Part shown: positions 48,885 to 58,738 of the stretch, one piece after another
How the letters are laid out: every line of letters begins with the position of its first letter
How positions within the stretch are numbered: the first letter of the stretch is position 1
DNA from: an uncultured Clostridia bacterium
GTDB lineage: Bacteria; Bacillota; Clostridia; Christensenellales; JAWKQI01
Assembly: GCA_964453645.1 (NCBI GenBank)
Contig: CAYVRJ010000005.1
Location: forward strand, 2,808-66,807
Reading direction: 5' to 3'
DNA: 64,000 nt
Made by a program: the position numbers and the translations under genes
Notes under the pieces: model-generated
Told to the model about the DNA's origin: nothing
Seen by the model: only the letters and a program-made list of their open reading frames with translations
Databases searched by the model: none

Positions 48885-49613
48885 TTAACTGTCCGATTCG
48901 TACTGGGCGGCATAAGCCGTATCGGGATTTTTTTCGTTGGTATAAAAGGTCTGCCCTGCGTCTAAACTGGCATAACCATCGGCCCCCACCACAATGTGAT
49001 CCAGCAACCGCACGTCGATGGCGTTTAACAGGCGCATACACTGATTGGTCAGCTCAATGTCGGCAGAGGAGGGCACAGAGGTTCCCCCGGGATGGTTGTG
49101 GGCGATGATGACCTTCACAGCGTTGCTTCGAATAACTTCCCGCACGATCTTTCGAGCATACATGGGCACTTCGTTCACCGTACCTTCGGCGATTAAGGCG
49201 ATGTTGATAATGCGGGAGCGGATGTCTAGGCATGCGATGTATAACTTTTCGTTTTTTTCCCCCATATACAGTTTTTGAAAAAAATCACCTGCATCCCCGA
49301 TGTTTTTAATTTGATGGTTGGAACGGCTCTGTTCGATGGAGTAGTAGCGCATCAATTTGGGAATGAGGGTGAAGAAGGATGCAGCGTGGTGCCCCACTCC
49401 CTTAATGTCCATCAGCTCGTCCACACTGGCCTCCAGCACACCCGAAACCGAGCCAAATTCACGGATGAGGGAATGTGCTAAGGGGTTGGTGTCCCCCTGG
49501 GGAATGGTAAAAAAGAGCATCAACTCCAGCACCTCGTGGGGTTCAAAGGAGTTTAGCCCTTCCCGTTCACATCTGTCTTTCAGTCGTTTTCGATGGCCTG
49601 TGTGCTCGTTCAT
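48885..49613 (-). CDS. radC: RadC-like JAB domain protein
   Basis: N-terminal HRKRLKDR, HhH segment, JAMM motif IAHNHPGGTSVPSSAD. I chose the ATG at 49613. Confidence 0.85.
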   Translation of the reverse strand: MNEHTGHRKRLKDRCEREGLNSFEPHEVLELMLFFTIPQGDTNPLAHSLIREFGSVSGVLEASVDELMDIKGVGHHAASFFTLIPKLMRYYSIEQSRSNHQIKNIGDAGDFFQKLYMGEKNEKLYIACLDIRSRIINIALIAEGTVNEVPMYARKIVREVIRSNAVKVIIAHNHPGGTSVPSSADIELTNQCMRLLNAIDVRLLDHIVVGADGYASLDAGQTFYTNEKNPDTAYAAQYESDS

Positions 49614-49626
49614 GCAAACAACACCG

Positions 49627-50130
49627 TTAGTTTTGTGTGACTGCGACGACCTGTGCGAAATATAGAGTGTGAAAATTATCTTGATTGATGCCGCCGGTGT
49701 ACCACTTTTCATAGATCTCGTCAGCCATGTTTACTTTGGAATAGTCAGTTTTAAAGAGGGTTTTGCAGTGGGCAACGAAACCCGGTTCTAAGACCATGGG
49801 TGCATCCACGTAGTCGGACAAACCCATAGCAAGGCCGAGTTCTGCAATTTTATCGACATCTCTGCCCGATTTTGTGCCGCAGAAGCCGATTTGTTTGGAA
49901 AAGCTTTGGGTGGGTGCATAGAGGGTGAATTCCCCGTGGGCTTCCAATAAGTCGTGGGTGTATCTGGTTTGCCGGACGGGTACCGCCACGTAGGGGCTAC
50001 CCCACATCACGCCCGATAGGCACCAGCCGATTGTCATGACGTTGTCACCTTTGGCGGTGACGAGGGTGCCCAATTCGCCGGTGATTCTCATCATTTTACC
50101 CAGCTCTTCGCATATGCTGAAATTCGCCAT
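49627..50130 (-). CDS. flavin reductase-like (FMN-binding split-barrel) protein
   Basis: 167 aa. LVTAKGDNVMTIGW...GTKSGRDVDK is typical of the flavin reductase-like family. Confidence 0.65.
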   Translation of the reverse strand: MANFSICEELGKMMRITGELGTLVTAKGDNVMTIGWCLSGVMWGSPYVAVPVRQTRYTHDLLEAHGEFTLYAPTQSFSKQIGFCGTKSGRDVDKIAELGLAMGLSDYVDAPMVLEPGFVAHCKTLFKTDYSKVNMADEIYEKWYTGGINQDNFHTLYFAQVVAVTQN

Positions 50131-50156
50131 AGTATTCTCCTTATGTTTCTTTTATC

Positions 50157-50330
50157 GGGGGCAGCGCCTCCGGACCCCTTGTTTTGTGGACTCCGCCCAC
50201 ACCCGCAAGGGGCAATGATTCCCCCTTGACCCCCCTTATTTTTCTAGGGAAAATTATAAAAAATCCCATATAAGGGGTGCAGGGACTCAGTCCCTGCCGA
50301 GGGGGTTAAAGGGGGACGAGTAGTCCCCCC
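50157..50330. repeat. mosaic hairpin-module element, locus F
   Basis: GTGGACTCCGCCCAC; GGGGCAATGATTCCCC; an AT hairpin; GGGGTGCAGGGACTCAGTCCCTGCCGAGGGGG; GGGGGACGAGTAGTCCCCC. Confidence 0.9.
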
Positions 50331-50339
50331 AAATATTTG

Positions 50340-51788
50340 CTACACTTCCAGTTTATCATATTTTTCTAAAAAATCAAATATGAATGTTCGAATGAACGTT
50401 CCGTCATCGCACTCGTAGTTAATGGGCATCACCGGGTCGTGTAGCGACATACGCAGCAAACACCAACCGTCCTCAAAGGCAACCCGCACACCCTCATAGT
50501 TGGGCTTTTCTAAGTTCATTCCCGGTGTCACACTGCACAGGGTTTCAAAATCCTTGAGCACCCCATTGCCATAGGTTAAGAAATCGTCGTCGTGTATCTT
50601 CACCCGAATCTCTTCGGAAATCTTCGCTTCCTTTAACCCCGCAATGAGCGAGGACAAACTCTTTCCCGACTTCTTAAGCTTTGCAAACTTGATCAGCGCT
50701 TCCACAATCATGTACGCACCGTCGTCCAAAAAATAATTGGAAATAAAGGCACAGTGCCCCGACGTTTCAATTGCTAGGGCACAGTGGGTGTCCTCCCCGT
50801 TTAAGCGAACGGCTTCGTTGATCACGTTTTTATACCCACGCTTAAACCGATGGTGCTTTCCGCCAATGGACTTGATGTAGTCCGTCAGCCCTGCCGATGT
50901 AATAGAATCGGTGACAATGGTTGTGTTTGGATATTGATCCACCACAATGGCAGACATCAGCGCAACCAAGCGATTGCGGTTGATCTCCGCACCGTTGCCG
51001 TCCACCAATGCAGCGCGATCCACGTCCGTATCAAATATAATACCCAGATCGGCCTTCTCCCTAAGCACCAGCTTGGAAAAACCGTCCATCACGTCTTTGA
51101 GTTCGGGGTTGGGGATGTGGTTGGGGAAGTTGCCGTCGGGGTCTAAATAAACACTGCCCGTTGTATCCGCACCCAGAGGGGTGAGTATTTTATCTGCAAA
51201 AAATCCACCCACGCCGTTGCCCGCATCCACCAAAATTTTTGTGCCCGCAAAGGGGGTTTCTTCTCCCGTACGACTGCGAATCATTTCAACTAAATTTTGT
51301 GCATAGCGTGAGAGAAAATCAAACTCCGTAGCTTCAAACTGCAAGTCCTCCCCCAGATGCAGGTTTTGTGCAATGGAGAGGATCACGCTGATTTGGGATT
51401 TGTTCAGCCCTCCCTCTCTTGTAAAAAACTTGAGTCCGTTGCGCTCCTTGGGCAAGTGGCTGGCGGTGAGCATAATGGCACCGTCGCAGGAGAGCTCATC
51501 GTCTAAGATAGACATAAACATGGAGGGCGTTGAAGCATAGTTAAAATTATAAACGGTTGCCCCGATCTGGCACAGCCCTGCCATCACCCCACTTGAAAGC
51601 GTTTCCCCGGTTAAGCGGGAATCCCTGCCCACGCTGATGGTTAAAGATTCCTTACCCAGCAAATCTTTTAGGAAGATGCCAAAGGCAGCAGCAATTTTTT
51701 TGGCAGTTTGCGCCGTGAGGTTGGTGTTTTCCCCCATGGCAATGCCCCGAACGTCTGATCCGTTTTGTAGTTTTGTAAGGTCACTCAT
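50340..51788 (-). CDS. phosphohexomutase (phosphomannomutase/phosphoglucomutase family)
   Basis: Phosphoserine loop TASHLP and metal loop FDTDVDRAAL, 482 aa. Confidence 0.85.
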   Translation of the reverse strand: MSDLTKLQNGSDVRGIAMGENTNLTAQTAKKIAAAFGIFLKDLLGKESLTISVGRDSRLTGETLSSGVMAGLCQIGATVYNFNYASTPSMFMSILDDELSCDGAIMLTASHLPKERNGLKFFTREGGLNKSQISVILSIAQNLHLGEDLQFEATEFDFLSRYAQNLVEMIRSRTGEETPFAGTKILVDAGNGVGGFFADKILTPLGADTTGSVYLDPDGNFPNHIPNPELKDVMDGFSKLVLREKADLGIIFDTDVDRAALVDGNGAEINRNRLVALMSAIVVDQYPNTTIVTDSITSAGLTDYIKSIGGKHHRFKRGYKNVINEAVRLNGEDTHCALAIETSGHCAFISNYFLDDGAYMIVEALIKFAKLKKSGKSLSSLIAGLKEAKISEEIRVKIHDDDFLTYGNGVLKDFETLCSVTPGMNLEKPNYEGVRVAFEDGWCLLRMSLHDPVMPINYECDDGTFIRTFIFDFLEKYDKLEV

Positions 51789-51816
51789 GTTGTCCCTCCA
51801 TGTATTTTACAGTGAA

Positions 51817-53082
51817 TTAAGCGATGGGTTTGGCGTTTTTAAGGAGATATTTCTCCGCCTCGCCGCACCACAGCATGTTGTTTTTAGATACGATTTCGTG
51901 AAGTTTTAAAAACAGCGGATCAGCCTTTCCCGCTTCTAAAAAATCGGTGATGGCCGTTAAGGGCAGGTCGATGTGGGTATAGATTAACTTCTTACCTCCG
52001 GCAATGTTTGGCAGATCCAAGGTTGTTTGCGCCGCAGCGTTTAATCCCCCGATGTGGGTGACCATGGCGGTGGGGTTTAGGATTTTCTTGGCCATTAAGT
52101 CTAGGGATTCCCGCATGTCGTCGTTGTTGCCGCCCGAGGTGCCACAGATGTGGGTTGCAGCGTAGTGCACGTTATAGAAGTTAAACTCCGCCCGAAACTC
52201 GGTGTTGGAGGGGCCTGCAAAGAAGTTGAGGCATCCGTCTTGCCCCAGCACCCGGTCTCCCTGCTCCACCACTGGCTTCACCGGGGCAAACACAAACACG
52301 TCGTCGTAACCCGTGCCCCCCGACAGCTCCATGAGTTTGGCAACGCCATCAATATCCTTGGTGTTTAAATAAATCAGCTCAATACCCCGTTTCTTTGCAT
52401 CCTCAGGGGTGAACAGGCTCTTAGCACGGCTCAGCCTGGCTTCGTCCACGTCGGTGACCACCAACAGTTTGGGGTTGCGGTCGGGGTTGTGCAGCGCATA
52501 GTCGATGGCACCCAGTCCCATGGGGCCAACTCCCGCAAGAATGGCCATTTTGCCATCCCGAACAATACCCATGTCGTGGACATAGGAACCCTGCTTGGTG
52601 TGATAACTTGCGTGGAACGCACCCACACAGCAAGACATGGGTTCGGCTAGGGAACCCAAATAATAAATATCCGAATCAAATTTTAACAGACAGTCCATCT
52701 CCATAATTTCAGGAGGGATGATCACATAGGTTGCGTTACCCCCGCAGTACTCATAGGAGTAACCCGGGGCGGTGAGTGAACCGTTTTTGTTGTGGGCAGG
52801 TTGAATGGCAAACCGCTCCCCTGCACGGAACTTGTCCTTCCACTTTGCCCCCACTTCCACGATTTCTCCGCAGAACTCGTGGCCGATGATGGTTGGGTTG
52901 CTGGCGATGTCGTCGGGCACACGCTTGTGATCCGCACCTTGGATTGCAGCCTTGTAGGAGGACATGCACAGGGAGTCGGACACCACCTTGGCTAAAATCT
53001 CATCCTCTTTTAAGGGGGGAAGCTCGAAGGTTTCGGTTCTCAGATCGTTTTTGCCATATATTCTAACAGCAGTGGTTTTCAT
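51817..53082 (-). CDS. Zn-dependent MDR dehydrogenase, long form (sorbose-1-phosphate-reductase-like)
   Basis: GHEFCGEIVEVG zinc-ADH signature and GVGPMGLGAIDYA Rossmann motif, 421 aa. Confidence 0.75.
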   Translation of the reverse strand: MKTTAVRIYGKNDLRTETFELPPLKEDEILAKVVSDSLCMSSYKAAIQGADHKRVPDDIASNPTIIGHEFCGEIVEVGAKWKDKFRAGERFAIQPAHNKNGSLTAPGYSYEYCGGNATYVIIPPEIMEMDCLLKFDSDIYYLGSLAEPMSCCVGAFHASYHTKQGSYVHDMGIVRDGKMAILAGVGPMGLGAIDYALHNPDRNPKLLVVTDVDEARLSRAKSLFTPEDAKKRGIELIYLNTKDIDGVAKLMELSGGTGYDDVFVFAPVKPVVEQGDRVLGQDGCLNFFAGPSNTEFRAEFNFYNVHYAATHICGTSGGNNDDMRESLDLMAKKILNPTAMVTHIGGLNAAAQTTLDLPNIAGGKKLIYTHIDLPLTAITDFLEAGKADPLFLKLHEIVSKNNMLWCGEAEKYLLKNAKPIA

Positions 53083-53094
53083 ATGTATTCTCCT

Positions 53095-53874
53095 TTATCT
53101 CATTTCCTGACCGCCAGTGACGTTAATCGCCTGACCGGTCATATAACTCGCCAGATCCGAACAGAGGAAGGTGCACACGTTGGCCACATCCTCGTATTCA
53201 CAGCCCCTGCCCATGGGCACTTGCGCCAAGTATTTCTGGCGAATCTCCTCTTCGGAGCAGTTTTGGTTTTTGGCGTACTGCTTAAACAAGCTGTTCACCC
53301 ACAGGGGGCTGGACAACATGTTGCCGGGGCACACGGCGTTAATGCGCACATTAAAGGGTGCAAACTCCAGCGCAAGAGACTGTACCAGCCCAATGCCCCC
53401 AAATTTAGAAGCTGCATACGCCGAGTTTCTAAAGGAACCCTTCTTACCCGACTTGGAGTTCACTTGCACAATGGCACCCTCTTTGCGCTCCATGAAGTGG
53501 TCTGCACAGGCTTTGACAATATTATAGTTCCCGCAAAGGTTCACGTCTATCACTTTTTTCCACTTATCGGCATCGAACTCGTTGATCGCACCCGAGAGCA
53601 GAATGGCAGCGTTGGAGATGAGGATATCCAACTTGCCGTATTTTTTAATAACAGCCTGAAATGCAACTTCACACTGGCTGTAATCGGTGACATCACAAGC
53701 GATTGCCAAAGCGTTGTCAAGCTTATCCGCAACCAACTTTGCACTCTCAAGATTAATATCGGCAACTGCAACGGTTGCACCTTCATCGTTAAAGCGCTGA
53801 CAGAGCGCTTCGCCTAAACCCTGTGCACCTCCGGTGATGAGGGCCACTTTACCCTTGAGTAATCCTAGATTCAT
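53095..53874 (-). CDS. SDR family oxidoreductase, sorbitol-6-phosphate dehydrogenase-like
   Basis: TGGAQGLG, NSKSGKKGS, YAASKFGG. The C-terminal half parallels E. coli SrlD (from memory). ATG at 53874 follows GAAGGAGA. Confidence 0.8.
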   Translation of the reverse strand: MNLGLLKGKVALITGGAQGLGEALCQRFNDEGATVAVADINLESAKLVADKLDNALAIACDVTDYSQCEVAFQAVIKKYGKLDILISNAAILLSGAINEFDADKWKKVIDVNLCGNYNIVKACADHFMERKEGAIVQVNSKSGKKGSFRNSAYAASKFGGIGLVQSLALEFAPFNVRINAVCPGNMLSSPLWVNSLFKQYAKNQNCSEEEIRQKYLAQVPMGRGCEYEDVANVCTFLCSDLASYMTGQAINVTGGQEMR

Positions 53875-53896
53875 AGCTTCAATCTCCTTCGTTTGA

Positions 53897-55168
53897 TTAT
53901 TCACATAATGTCTTGCCGTATGCTGCAAATTCCGCAACTTTTTCGTTAAGCGGTTTGGAAACGTCTCCAAACAATCCCGCTTCCTTGCCCCCTTTTGTAA
54001 TCCGCTCCTCGTGGGCGATTAAGGCAAAGGTGTTGTCATAGGCATCGGCATAGAGTTCTCCCCGCATCTTTTCGCAGATGAAGGGTTGGCTGGGTTGGTT
54101 GAGATCCTCCCCGCAAATTTCAAATAAATCGTATGTGGCACAGACTTTCTTTACATTTTGAATTTGTTCGTCGGTGTTGCGAGAGGGCATATACGCACAG
54201 CCGTTAAAGCCCATCTTCTTAAAGGTGCCTAGTATAAACTCCAAGTTGTCGTCCTCGTACTTGGCTGCTTTTTTGTCCCCGGTGACGGAGCTGATTTGGT
54301 CGCCCAAGTAACAGTAGGTGAGGATGGCACCCGTGTCGTCGCACAGCTTGCGGATCACGGCGAGGGGGGGGCAGTCCGCTCCGCCCTTCACATATACTTT
54401 GTCCAAAAATTCTGCTTTAAACAACCCCAGCAGGTCGTAGATATAGTGGGGGTTACTCTCGTTTAAAAGTGCAGCCTTTGCTTTATCTGATACAGTTATT
54501 TTTAGTTCGTCCGTCAAATAGCTAATCAGCTTTTCTCCCTTGCCCAAGCGATCCATGAGTATTTTTGCCAGAGCAAAGAGCAAGTACCGCTCGGTGATGG
54601 TGCCCCCTTGGTTAAACTGGGTTAAGGGCAGCACGTCTCGCTCAAAGTCGTATTCAATGCCGTAGGGTTTTAAAAGATTCGCAATGCCATCGGCCATCTG
54701 CTTGGTGCGCTCCAGCCGAGCCTGGCGATAGGGGGCTAAAATTTCGTTCATCTCCTCCAAGCGGTTGTGGGGCAGCCCCTGCACCGTCACATAAGCCACA
54801 CCCGCTTGCTCGGGATTGTTTAATTTAAAGGTGCCCAGTTCACTGTCCGTCAAATCACACCGCACCTCAAACCCACAGCTCACCGGCATGCCTAAGATTT
54901 TAGCTGCTTCTAAGAATTCGGAAACGCCAGCAACACTGTCGTGGTCCACAATTCCTGCCGTCTTAAGCCCTGCCATATAGGAGCGGTATACCGCCTCGGC
55001 AGGGGAATAGGGGGAGAAGGAATAGGTGGTGTGGATGTGGTTGTTCACATCCCTCTGTGGGGGAATGGGTTTTAATTCCCCACTGTCAATTTTTTTCTTC
55101 AATTCCAAAAGAGCAGACAACCGCTCGGATTTTGTTCCCCCATGTAACTGTTCTATGAGTTGATCCAT
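53897..55168 (-). CDS. PHP-domain metal-dependent phosphoesterase
   Basis: NNHIHTTYSFSPYS and GIVDHDS PHP motifs at the N-terminus, 423 aa. Confidence 0.7.
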   Translation of the reverse strand: MDQLIEQLHGGTKSERLSALLELKKKIDSGELKPIPPQRDVNNHIHTTYSFSPYSPAEAVYRSYMAGLKTAGIVDHDSVAGVSEFLEAAKILGMPVSCGFEVRCDLTDSELGTFKLNNPEQAGVAYVTVQGLPHNRLEEMNEILAPYRQARLERTKQMADGIANLLKPYGIEYDFERDVLPLTQFNQGGTITERYLLFALAKILMDRLGKGEKLISYLTDELKITVSDKAKAALLNESNPHYIYDLLGLFKAEFLDKVYVKGGADCPPLAVIRKLCDDTGAILTYCYLGDQISSVTGDKKAAKYEDDNLEFILGTFKKMGFNGCAYMPSRNTDEQIQNVKKVCATYDLFEICGEDLNQPSQPFICEKMRGELYADAYDNTFALIAHEERITKGGKEAGLFGDVSKPLNEKVAEFAAYGKTLCE

Positions 55169-55180
55169 TTTTAATTCTCC

Positions 55181-56659
55181 TTATTCGTATAACTTCAAGA
55201 AACGTCCGTAGGCGTCGTCCCACATGGCCGTCTCCTGGGGTTCGTACTCGGTCTGTTCAAAAGATGCCCGCAGGCAGTCGTTCACCTGGGAATCGGTGAT
55301 TTCACCCAGTGCCTTTAGCTGGGTCATGATATTGCCGATGGCAGTGGCTTCCACAGGGCCGCACACGGTGTGTAAGCCCGTTGCGTTTGCGGCAAATTGG
55401 TTGAGAATCTTGTTTTTGATTCCCCCGCCCACGATGTGCAGCACGTCTGCTTTTTTACCCACGGCCTGTGCAAACCCTTCCAGCGCCCAACGGTAGCGCA
55501 GCGCAATACTCTCGAAGGCACAGCGCATGATCTCCCCTTTCGTTTGGGGTACATACTGATTGGTTTTGGCACAAAACTCTTGGATTCTGCCGGGCATATT
55601 CATTGCCGAATTAAAATCGTCGGGGCGAATGAAACACTGGAAGGGTTTGGCGTTCATTGCCGCACTCTCCAGTTCGTCGAAGGAAAGCTCCTGCCCTTCC
55701 CGATCCCAGTGGCGCTTTAACTCTTGGGTGATCCACAATCCCACGATGTTGATTAGCGGACGGAAACGCCCGTCTGCCGTACCTTCGTTGGAAATGTTGT
55801 GATCGAATATGTGGTCGGACATCAAGGGTTTATCCGAAATCATGCCGATGAGCGACCAAGTTCCGCTGGATATAAAGGCAAAGTTTTTACTCTTGGCGGG
55901 CACAGCCGCAACGGCGGAAGCCGTGTCGTGGGAGGCGACGGATATGACGGAAACGTCTTTTAAACCCACTTCCTGTTCGATAATGGGCAGCAACTTACCC
56001 ACCACCTTGCCGGGCAGGGAAACCTCTGTAAATATTTCTTTATTGATATTGAGTTTGTCCATAATGGTGTACGACCACTGGTTTGCGTTTACGTCGAAGA
56101 GCTGAGACGTCGTGGCCATGGTAAATTCGGTGTGTTTTTCACCGCAGAGGAAATAGTTGAGCAGATCGGGGGTGAACAGAAGGGTTTTGGCGTTTTGCAC
56201 ACATTCCTCCCCTCGCTCTATCATGGAATAGAGCTGGTAGATGGTGTTAAACACCAGGGAGGCAATGCCCGTTTGTTCAAAGAGCTTTCTCTTGCCGCCC
56301 AGCCGTTCCTGACAGGCCTCCATGTTCAATGCATTAAAAGCTTCGTCCCGATAACACCGGGGGGTTGAGAGCAGCTGCCCGTGCCGATTGAGCAGGCCAA
56401 AGTCCACGCCCCAGGAATCAATCCCCACACTTGCAAGCTTCTTTGTCCCATGGCTATGTTTGGCAAATTCGTTGAGGCCAACCTTAAGGTTGTGGAAGAG
56501 GCTTAAGGTATCCCAGTACATATAGTCTTTGATGAACACGTAGTTGTTTGGAAAACGGTGAGAGGTGTTGAGTGTAATGGTTTTTCCGTCAAATTCGGAA
56601 ATGATCGTCCTGCCATTGCTGGCACCCAAGTCACAGGCGCATACGTTGAGATTTGCCAT
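55181..56659 (-). CDS. FGGY family sugar kinase (rhamnulokinase-like)
   Basis: N-terminal CDLGASNGR, GIDSWGVDFG, C-terminal HIVGGG, 492 aa. Confidence 0.8.
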   Translation of the reverse strand: MANLNVCACDLGASNGRTIISEFDGKTITLNTSHRFPNNYVFIKDYMYWDTLSLFHNLKVGLNEFAKHSHGTKKLASVGIDSWGVDFGLLNRHGQLLSTPRCYRDEAFNALNMEACQERLGGKRKLFEQTGIASLVFNTIYQLYSMIERGEECVQNAKTLLFTPDLLNYFLCGEKHTEFTMATTSQLFDVNANQWSYTIMDKLNINKEIFTEVSLPGKVVGKLLPIIEQEVGLKDVSVISVASHDTASAVAAVPAKSKNFAFISSGTWSLIGMISDKPLMSDHIFDHNISNEGTADGRFRPLINIVGLWITQELKRHWDREGQELSFDELESAAMNAKPFQCFIRPDDFNSAMNMPGRIQEFCAKTNQYVPQTKGEIMRCAFESIALRYRWALEGFAQAVGKKADVLHIVGGGIKNKILNQFAANATGLHTVCGPVEATAIGNIMTQLKALGEITDSQVNDCLRASFEQTEYEPQETAMWDDAYGRFLKLYE

Positions 56660-56781
56660 AATATTCCCTCCGCAGATATTTAAAATGAAAGTTGTTCACT
56701 TAATAATATAACATAAAATGAAAATTATCAACTAATTAATTTAAAAATTTATCATTGGTTATACTAGTACCGGAGGTACGT

Positions 56782-58521
56782 ATGAGCAAAACCGTTAAAA
56801 CCCTCATCACCATATTGATTGCACTGTTGGCATTGGGGATCATCCTATTTGTTTTTGTCAAACCATTTGATCCGAAAGAGGAGCCGATACCTAAAGGCGA
56901 GGTGCCCGAAAATACCAGCCCAACCCCTCCCCCGGAGCCAACGCCCACCCCTCTGCCCATACCCTACGCCACAGAGGGAACGAAACCCACCGACGAAACC
57001 CACAGCTTAAAAACAGCCATGGAGTTAAACGGGCAAAAAATTTCCACATACAACCGGCAAAACCCCATTTATTTTGACCCTAAAAAGGCTTACTCGGCCT
57101 TAGAAGGGGTGATCACCCACCGGGGCAACAACTTTCGGGACGACCCAACCTATGGCAGCATAGGCAGTGACATCACGGGTACTCTCACAAAAGTTTGGGA
57201 AGTTCCGGCCACCGAGAGCATCGCAAAGGGTGGGGGAAGTTCCGCATGGTTTGGCTGTGGTTGGACGGGACAGCCCTTAATCGCCAAGTGGCCCCAAGAG
57301 ACCTTGGATATCATGAATATAAAGGAAGAGTATAAAAATGAAGGTTTGGTGGAGGTGATTTACCCCACCGAAGGGGCAACCATCTACTTTTTAGATTTAT
57401 ACACAGGGGAATTCACCCGAGATAAAATCAAGAGCCAGTGGACGTTTAAAGGTGCCGGTTCCCTAGATCCACGGGGGTATCCCCTGCTGTACGTGGGTGC
57501 GGGAGATGCTTCGCCCAACGGCCCGGCGGAAAATATGATCTATAGCTTAATTGACGGCAAGAAGCTTTTTAGTTACGGTGCCGACGATCCCTTTTCCCTG
57601 CGAGCCTTTAAGGCCTTCGACGGAGCGACCATCGTGCACCCCGAGACGGATTCGGTGACCTATGCATCTGAATCGGGTATTGTGTATCAGTTTGATTTAA
57701 ACACAAAGTACGATCCGGCAAAGGGAACCATATCCGTTGACCCCAAAAATATGCTCAAGTGGAACTATTCCACCAAGCGATCCAGAGAGGGTGGGGAGGA
57801 CTCCTATTGGCTGGGGTTCGAATCCAGTCCGGTGTTTTATATGAATTATATGTACGCTTCGGACAACGCAGGCAATTTGTTTTGTTTGGATATCAACACC
57901 ATGGAGACGGTGTGGGTACAAGATGTGCAAGACGACACCAACTGTTCCCCGGTGTTTGAGCTGATAGAAGAGACGGGTAAGGCCTATCTTTACATTGGAA
58001 CGTCCACCCACTGGACGACAAATGCGCAAAACGTAGCGAAAATTCCCTTTTGGAAGATCGATGCGATTACGGGAGAGAAGGTTTGGGAGGCCAAGGGTTA
58101 CAACTGCCGCAGGGATGCACAGAGTGAAGTTTCGGGGGGCATACAGGACACGGCTGCCCTTGGCAAACACGGTTTATCCAACCTTGTGTTTGTGACGTAT
58201 TCACGAATTGTGGACAAGAACAACAAAAATGACGGGAGTATGCTGGTTGCCTACGACAAGATGACGGGAGATGTTGTTTGGGAGAAGAATGTGGGGGGAT
58301 GTTCCTGGTCGTCACCCGTTGCGGTCTATGACGATGCGGGGCGTGGGTTTATCCTGCAGTTTAGCCAGAGCGGCCACGCCTATCTCTTCGACGGTTTGAC
58401 GGGCAAGCAGCTCTCCAAGTTGGAGCTTGAGGGTAATTTCGAGGCCTCTCCTGCTGTTTACGGCGACATGGTGGTTATCGGCTCCCGCGGCCAGAAGATA
58501 TACGGCATTCAGATATCGTAA
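56782..58521 (+). CDS. membrane-anchored PQQ-like beta-propeller repeat protein
   Basis: N-terminal TM anchor, Pro-rich linker, repeated G-x-x-W motifs (ETVWVQD, GEKVWEA, GDVVWEK). ATG at 56782 follows GGAGG. Confidence 0.7.
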   Translation: MSKTVKTLITILIALLALGIILFVFVKPFDPKEEPIPKGEVPENTSPTPPPEPTPTPLPIPYATEGTKPTDETHSLKTAMELNGQKISTYNRQNPIYFDPKKAYSALEGVITHRGNNFRDDPTYGSIGSDITGTLTKVWEVPATESIAKGGGSSAWFGCGWTGQPLIAKWPQETLDIMNIKEEYKNEGLVEVIYPTEGATIYFLDLYTGEFTRDKIKSQWTFKGAGSLDPRGYPLLYVGAGDASPNGPAENMIYSLIDGKKLFSYGADDPFSLRAFKAFDGATIVHPETDSVTYASESGIVYQFDLNTKYDPAKGTISVDPKNMLKWNYSTKRSREGGEDSYWLGFESSPVFYMNYMYASDNAGNLFCLDINTMETVWVQDVQDDTNCSPVFELIEETGKAYLYIGTSTHWTTNAQNVAKIPFWKIDAITGEKVWEAKGYNCRRDAQSEVSGGIQDTAALGKHGLSNLVFVTYSRIVDKNNKNDGSMLVAYDKMTGDVVWEKNVGGCSWSSPVAVYDDAGRGFILQFSQSGHAYLFDGLTGKQLSKLELEGNFEASPAVYGDMVVIGSRGQKIYGIQIS

Positions 58522-58533
58522 ATGTTTTCTTTT

Positions 58534-58727
58534 TTGGGGCTTAATCCCCAAACCCCAGGCAGGGCGCTGCCCTGCACCCGCACGGGGGAATCATTCCCCC
58601 GTGACCCCTCTTAAAGCAAAAGCTATCGCTTTTGCTAAAGTATTATAAAAAATAAACCTTAGCAAAGCGATAGCTTTGCGTTAAAAAGTTTTTGGGTTTC
58701 CAAAGGGGATTTGGGGCGAAGCCCCAA
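58534..58727. repeat. mosaic hairpin-module element, locus G (overall inverted symmetry)
   Basis: TTGGGGCTTAATCCCCAA ... GGCAGGGCGCTGCCCTGC ... GGGGGAATCATTCCCCC ... M5 / AT core / inverted M5 ... TTGGGGCGAAGCCCCAA. Confidence 0.88.
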
Positions 58728-58738
58728 GAATAGAACCT

